A stretch of 64,000 nucleotides of DNA, taken from NCBI GenBank assembly GCA_003173895.1, contig PJMG01000002.1:26974-90973 (forward strand), written 5' to 3'. The DNA is from Candidatus Levyibacteriota bacterium (lineage in GTDB: Bacteria > Patescibacteriota > Microgenomatia > Levybacterales > UBA12049). Position 1 is the stretch's first letter, and the number at the start of each line of letters is the position of its first letter. Shown here piece after piece: positions 60,128 through 64,000 of this stretch. Both the position numbers and the translations under genes were made by a program. The notes below the pieces were generated by a model. That model saw nothing but the letters and a program-made list of their open reading frames with translations, was not told the origin of the DNA and did not search any database.

Positions 60128-60769
60128 TTACTTAGAAACCATTAGAGAACCCATTTCATGATCTGGTATAACATATTTTGGAGCATTACCATTTCTATAG
60201 ATTCCATAATCATCATATGGAACTGTTCCTCTTATTAGAGTACCCGTTTGCATCATATGCTTACTAACATCATCTCTAATATCTCGATTAAAAATACCTC
60301 TTTGCCCATGGAAAAAATGTACCTCTATACCTGGACCATTACCGTAATTATCTTTCAACAAATCAAAAAAACCTAGCTGTTTTGCTTGTCCCCAGATATA
60401 GTCTGAAAGATCAGCAGGATGATGAGCAGGAATATCGTGCTTACCTATTTTAGTAATAGCGTTATGTACAAATAATAAATCTATATCCGAAGCTAATTGT
60501 CCGTCTTCTTTAAATCTTGGCATTTTACCTTCATAAGATAGTGAACCACCAAGAATAACACCTCCAATACCTTCCGGTAATGACATCATTTGAACAAATT
60601 CATTTAACCTATTTAGTGTATTTATACAAACCTGTCTTTCTTGTTCTTTTCCCTCAAATCTAGGGTCAGTTCTGTATCTTTCTATTAAAGTTTGGAAATC
60701 AGGGTGCATTTGTATTTCTGGCTTAGGAGAATTTTCCGTTTGTAATTCCGCAGACATAAAAGAATCCAT
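60128..60769 (-). CDS. Minimal pol-beta-type nucleotidyltransferase domain protein
   Basis: GVILGGSLSY...SDIDLLFV (GS plus DxD) and IEVH as a candidate third acidic strand; start may be the ATG at 60757. Confidence 0.72.
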   Translation of the reverse strand: MDSFMSAELQTENSPKPEIQMHPDFQTLIERYRTDPRFEGKEQERQVCINTLNRLNEFVQMMSLPEGIGGVILGGSLSYEGKMPRFKEDGQLASDIDLLFVHNAITKIGKHDIPAHHPADLSDYIWGQAKQLGFFDLLKDNYGNGPGIEVHFFHGQRGIFNRDIRDDVSKHMMQTGTLIRGTVPYDDYGIYRNGNAPKYVIPDHEMGSLMVSK

Positions 60770-60832
60770 AATTTTAAATTAATAAATTCAATTTTAATTG
60801 TCAAGCTAGTTAAGTTTTTATATGAAATAATT

Positions 60833-62668
60833 TTACGCGGCAACTAAAAGTTTTGGTCTATAATGCTGAACTATTTCTTTAACATTTTCATATCCACCTT
60901 GATCTAAAACCGCAGCATACATCAGCTTATCTAACCAACCTTCATCTTCTTGTCCTAAAACACCAATTAATTGTTCTGTTTGCGTATGTATATTTTCTTC
61001 TCGATTATTATCTGAATGAGATTCCATATATTCATTTAACATTTGTATTACTTCATCTCTAGTTCTTAGTTTCCCTGACATAAATAAAGCTTCTGCCCAA
61101 ATTCCTGCTACTCTACGGGATTTATCATCGAGAGCATTTAACTCTAAGTTATGTTTAAACCATCTTATGTCATTTATTAACTGTAATGCCTTTTCTTCAC
61201 TATATTCATGCTTTATATCTTCGATGTACTTATTAAACCTTTGTGTATGTGTAAGACCAAAATGTCCTTCCACGAGTCCTAGATTTATATCAATATCTAT
61301 ATGACCTGCTTTAAAGAATAGCACTATTTCTTCGCCTGAACATTTTAAATAATTAAATTGAACATTTTTAAATTTAGTTTCTAAAGCTTGAGTACAAGCT
61401 TCTATAGTAATAGCTACTTTAGGATCCATTTTCTTAATATCGTCAATATTTTTTATTTCATTTAATTTTCCTACTACTATACCTTCTGGAACTCCTTTGC
61501 GGTTACCGGCTTCATCAATGCGCATATATGTATCCACATTTTTCCAATCTAAGCCAGTTTCTGATAATGAGGGAATATTAGTTACTATAACATCACAATC
61601 TGCGACATTAGTATTATTATCTTTTCCATTATCGACAGCTACATTGGTACCACGATTAAATGAACCCATATCGTGAGCTTGGCCTGATGAAGTGGGATAT
61701 GCTTCAGCTATCTTAGGGCCTAAAAGATCAGTTATAGTTTTACTTAAGTCTTGTTGTCTTTTTATTTGCTCCCACGTCATTGCTACAATTCTATCTCTTC
61801 CTAAATCTAATAAAGATCTACCCTCCCTAGTTTTACAGCTTTTTATCATATTAAAAGCATCTAATACGCGGGCTTGTTTAGGGGAAACACGTGCATCCTT
61901 AGGAGTAGGAAGCATTTCATTATAAAAGTCCTTTATAGAATTGGGATATACATCTAAACTTTCGGGATTGAATATATCGGGATGAGCTACATCATTAAGT
62001 ATAGATAATGAGTAAGTAGCATCTGATAATTGTAGTAATATTTCTATAAATTTACTCTCATCTGCTGTTAATGGTTCTTTATTTTTAGGTAAAGTATCAA
62101 GCTTTCTAACTAAATATTCGAAAGTGTCATCTGGTCGCATATCTTTTAACTGTATAGTCTGTAAAATAGCTTGAGTTTCTAATAAGCTAGGATCGAACTC
62201 ATTAGCTAGTTTAGGAATATATTTATTTAAAATAGGAAACATATCTCTTATATCTACTCTTTCTAATAAATCAGCCATATTTATATTTTGAAGGCCTACA
62301 ATATCAGCAATTCTTTTTATATGATTTAAAACAGCCACTTCAGTATAACTTCGAGCAATTTCAAAATCTCTTTTTATGAAATTTTCTGAAGCTTCTTGCA
62401 TTATAGTTTCTGCTATATCTTTTATAGTTTCTACCTTATCTGGTTGATCTACTGTAAGCGCTATAGTATGGGCTATTGTATTAGCTAGCGCATGATCTAA
62501 AATAGTATTTTTTTCATTAAAATTATTAGTACTTTGTGCTTCTTTTCCTGATTGAATTAATTTATCTCTTAAATTTTGGAGTTGAGTTTCTTTAGAAACA
62601 GGAGTTACAGACTCAAGTGTAGCTGGAGAATTTAAAGCTTCTGCTGCTTCTGGCGTCATTGTGTCCAT
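60833..62668 (-). CDS. 611-aa protein with a C-terminal pol-beta nucleotidyltransferase of OAS/CD-NTase/class-I-CCA type
   Basis: MGSFNRGTNV, ADCDVIV, IDIDINL, DIRWFK, GIWAEALF in the expected order. Confidence 0.65.
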   Translation of the reverse strand: MDTMTPEAAEALNSPATLESVTPVSKETQLQNLRDKLIQSGKEAQSTNNFNEKNTILDHALANTIAHTIALTVDQPDKVETIKDIAETIMQEASENFIKRDFEIARSYTEVAVLNHIKRIADIVGLQNINMADLLERVDIRDMFPILNKYIPKLANEFDPSLLETQAILQTIQLKDMRPDDTFEYLVRKLDTLPKNKEPLTADESKFIEILLQLSDATYSLSILNDVAHPDIFNPESLDVYPNSIKDFYNEMLPTPKDARVSPKQARVLDAFNMIKSCKTREGRSLLDLGRDRIVAMTWEQIKRQQDLSKTITDLLGPKIAEAYPTSSGQAHDMGSFNRGTNVAVDNGKDNNTNVADCDVIVTNIPSLSETGLDWKNVDTYMRIDEAGNRKGVPEGIVVGKLNEIKNIDDIKKMDPKVAITIEACTQALETKFKNVQFNYLKCSGEEIVLFFKAGHIDIDINLGLVEGHFGLTHTQRFNKYIEDIKHEYSEEKALQLINDIRWFKHNLELNALDDKSRRVAGIWAEALFMSGKLRTRDEVIQMLNEYMESHSDNNREENIHTQTEQLIGVLGQEDEGWLDKLMYAAVLDQGGYENVKEIVQHYRPKLLVAA

Positions 62669-62746
62669 ATATTAACACGACCTATAAGAATAGTCAAATA
62701 ACATAAATAGGCTCATTTTTAACAATATACTAAGCAAATATATATG

Positions 62747-63271
62747 TCAATCTAGCATTCCCTGAGCCTTACGCCTAGTACGATCTTTTTGGTAATATTC
62801 ATTAATATCCTGTACTAAATGTTTTAAACCAAGTTTATCTAAAGCATCTTCTTTTTTCATTCCTTTAGATTTTAACAACATATTTTTAATAGTTTCTATT
62901 TGAGTTATGTCTTGAATTAGCCCCATATTAATACATGTCTGGATTAAAAAATTAAAAATTGGAGAATCTGGTGTAATGTTTCTTACATCGGAGGAAACAA
63001 AATAATCTATACCGTCAACAGTAGTTGGTATTTCTCTATCTTTATTACTTTTCAAAGTTCTTACATGATATTTATAAGGTTCAAAAATTTTATCTGCGAA
63101 GAAAGTAGTGGGTAAAGGTGCTTCTTCATAAAGCATAATTTGATTTGAGCTTATTATGATCAAAGTATGATCTCCACTCATTAAAGTGGGTAATTCTTCT
63201 AAAGCTGATTCAGGAGAAACTGGTTTAGGCTCTTGGATTATTCGAGTACCTCTTTCCAATCTATTAATCAT
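62747..63271 (-). CDS. Hypothetical protein
   Basis: 174-aa ORF starting 4 nt after the dnaE stop. Confidence 0.65.
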   Translation of the reverse strand: MINRLERGTRIIQEPKPVSPESALEELPTLMSGDHTLIIISSNQIMLYEEAPLPTTFFADKIFEPYKYHVRTLKSNKDREIPTTVDGIDYFVSSDVRNITPDSPIFNFLIQTCINMGLIQDITQIETIKNMLLKSKGMKKEDALDKLGLKHLVQDINEYYQKDRTRRKAQGMLD

Positions 63272-63275
63272 AATT

Positions 63276-64000
63276 TTAATTAGCCTCCATTTTTTTAATT
63301 CTAGAAACGATAATTATTGGTCTTTCATCTTTAAAATCCAGTTTCCCTTCAACAATGACTATTTTATCTTTTATTAAATCATTTTTGTTCTCAGCGAAAG
63401 TTCTAGGAAACACTATACATTCTACCGTGAGTCCTCGCTCATTACTTATAGCTAAAAACGCCATTTCCTGATTACTCTTACGTGTCATAAATTTTTTAAC
63501 GCGATCTATCATTCCACCCACGACGATTAGAGTCCCATCTTTTTCATCAGATAAAATTTCCAACTCATGCGTAATATAGTTTTTCAGCTTGGTAATATAT
63601 TGCTCCTGTGGATGAGATGTGAGATAAATCCCCAGTAATTCTTTTTCAAAAGATAATTTTTCATTTTGAGTAAAATCTTCAACCTGATCCCATTTTTTAG
63701 ATACTTTTATTTCTGTATGTTTAGATTCTTCATCACCAAAAAGTGAACCCTGACCATCTGTTTTTTGTTTCCTGATTTTAGCTACACTTTCAACTATTTC
63801 TGGAAATGTAGAAAGCATAACTACTCTTTTACCAAATTTATCCATAGCACCTGCTTTAATCAAACTTTCCAGAGTTTTTTTATTTACTGCAGCACCTTCT
63901 AAACGGTTACAAAAATCTTCCAAACTTTTAAAATCTCCTTTTTCTTTCTCGATTAAAATAGAAGAAATAGCAGCAGTTCCTACATTCTTAATCGCAGATA
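63276..64000 (-). CDS. dnaE: DNA polymerase III alpha subunit, 3' portion (continues beyond the window)
   Basis: Frame open to the edge: SAIKNVG (HhH), F.SL.DF..R, ESLIKAGA.D, EKELLG.Y...HP, C-terminal OB fold MAF...E..VFP. Confidence 0.95.
   Translation of the reverse strand, partial: SAIKNVGTAAISSILIEKEKGDFKSLEDFCNRLEGAAVNKKTLESLIKAGAMDKFGKRVVMLSTFPEIVESVAKIRKQKTDGQGSLFGDEESKHTEIKVSKKWDQVEDFTQNEKLSFEKELLGIYLTSHPQEQYITKLKNYITHELEILSDEKDGTLIVVGGMIDRVKKFMTRKSNQEMAFLAISNERGLTVECIVFPRTFAENKNDLIKDKIVIVEGKLDFKDERPIIIVSRIKKMEAN

Noticed and set aside
57248-63271. Calling the island a canonical CBASS system or a prophage/mobile element
   Set aside because: No recognisable Cap effector, E1/E2/JAB, HORMA/TRIP13, integrase, phage gene or att repeat; kept only as a hypothesis

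Overview
Low-GC bacterial chromosome segment, standard code 11. Gene content, the short AtpH and the many ORFans suggest a CPR/Patescibacteria (Microgenomates-like) genome; this is an inference. Layout: (1) 1-26.8 kb, a large cell-surface glycan region with GT2/GT4 enzymes, an ABC-2 exporter, acyl/acetyltransferases, a 1564-aa four-domain GT2-GT2-flippase-GT4 fusion, three tandem GT2 paralogues, a deacetylase, three GT-C-like membrane proteins, two clan GH-A-like proteins and an FN3 surface protein. (2) 26.8-35.3 kb, holA, a sugar-phosphate cluster and adjacent PEP-synthase-like and enolase-like genes that have both lost catalytic residues. (3) 35.4-51 kb, housekeeping genes (rsmI, dedA, lexA/uvrB, yraN, rplS, pyrG, maf, tRNA-Thr) and a second small glycosylation cluster. 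(4) 51-57.2 kb, a complete atpBEFHAGDC operon. (5) 57.2-63.3 kb, an ORFan island with two different pol-beta nucleotidyltransferases (one OAS/CD-NTase/class-I-CCA-like) and a calcineurin-like phosphoesterase, followed by the 3' end of dnaE. Non-genic signals: REP-like palindromes inserted in frame in rsmI, atpA and a GT-C gene, a candidate LexA operator, frequent leaderless-type promoters, and two small ORFs missing from the ORF track. No CRISPR array, rRNA, transposase or integrase was seen. All protein calls come from motif recognition by eye, not from database searches.
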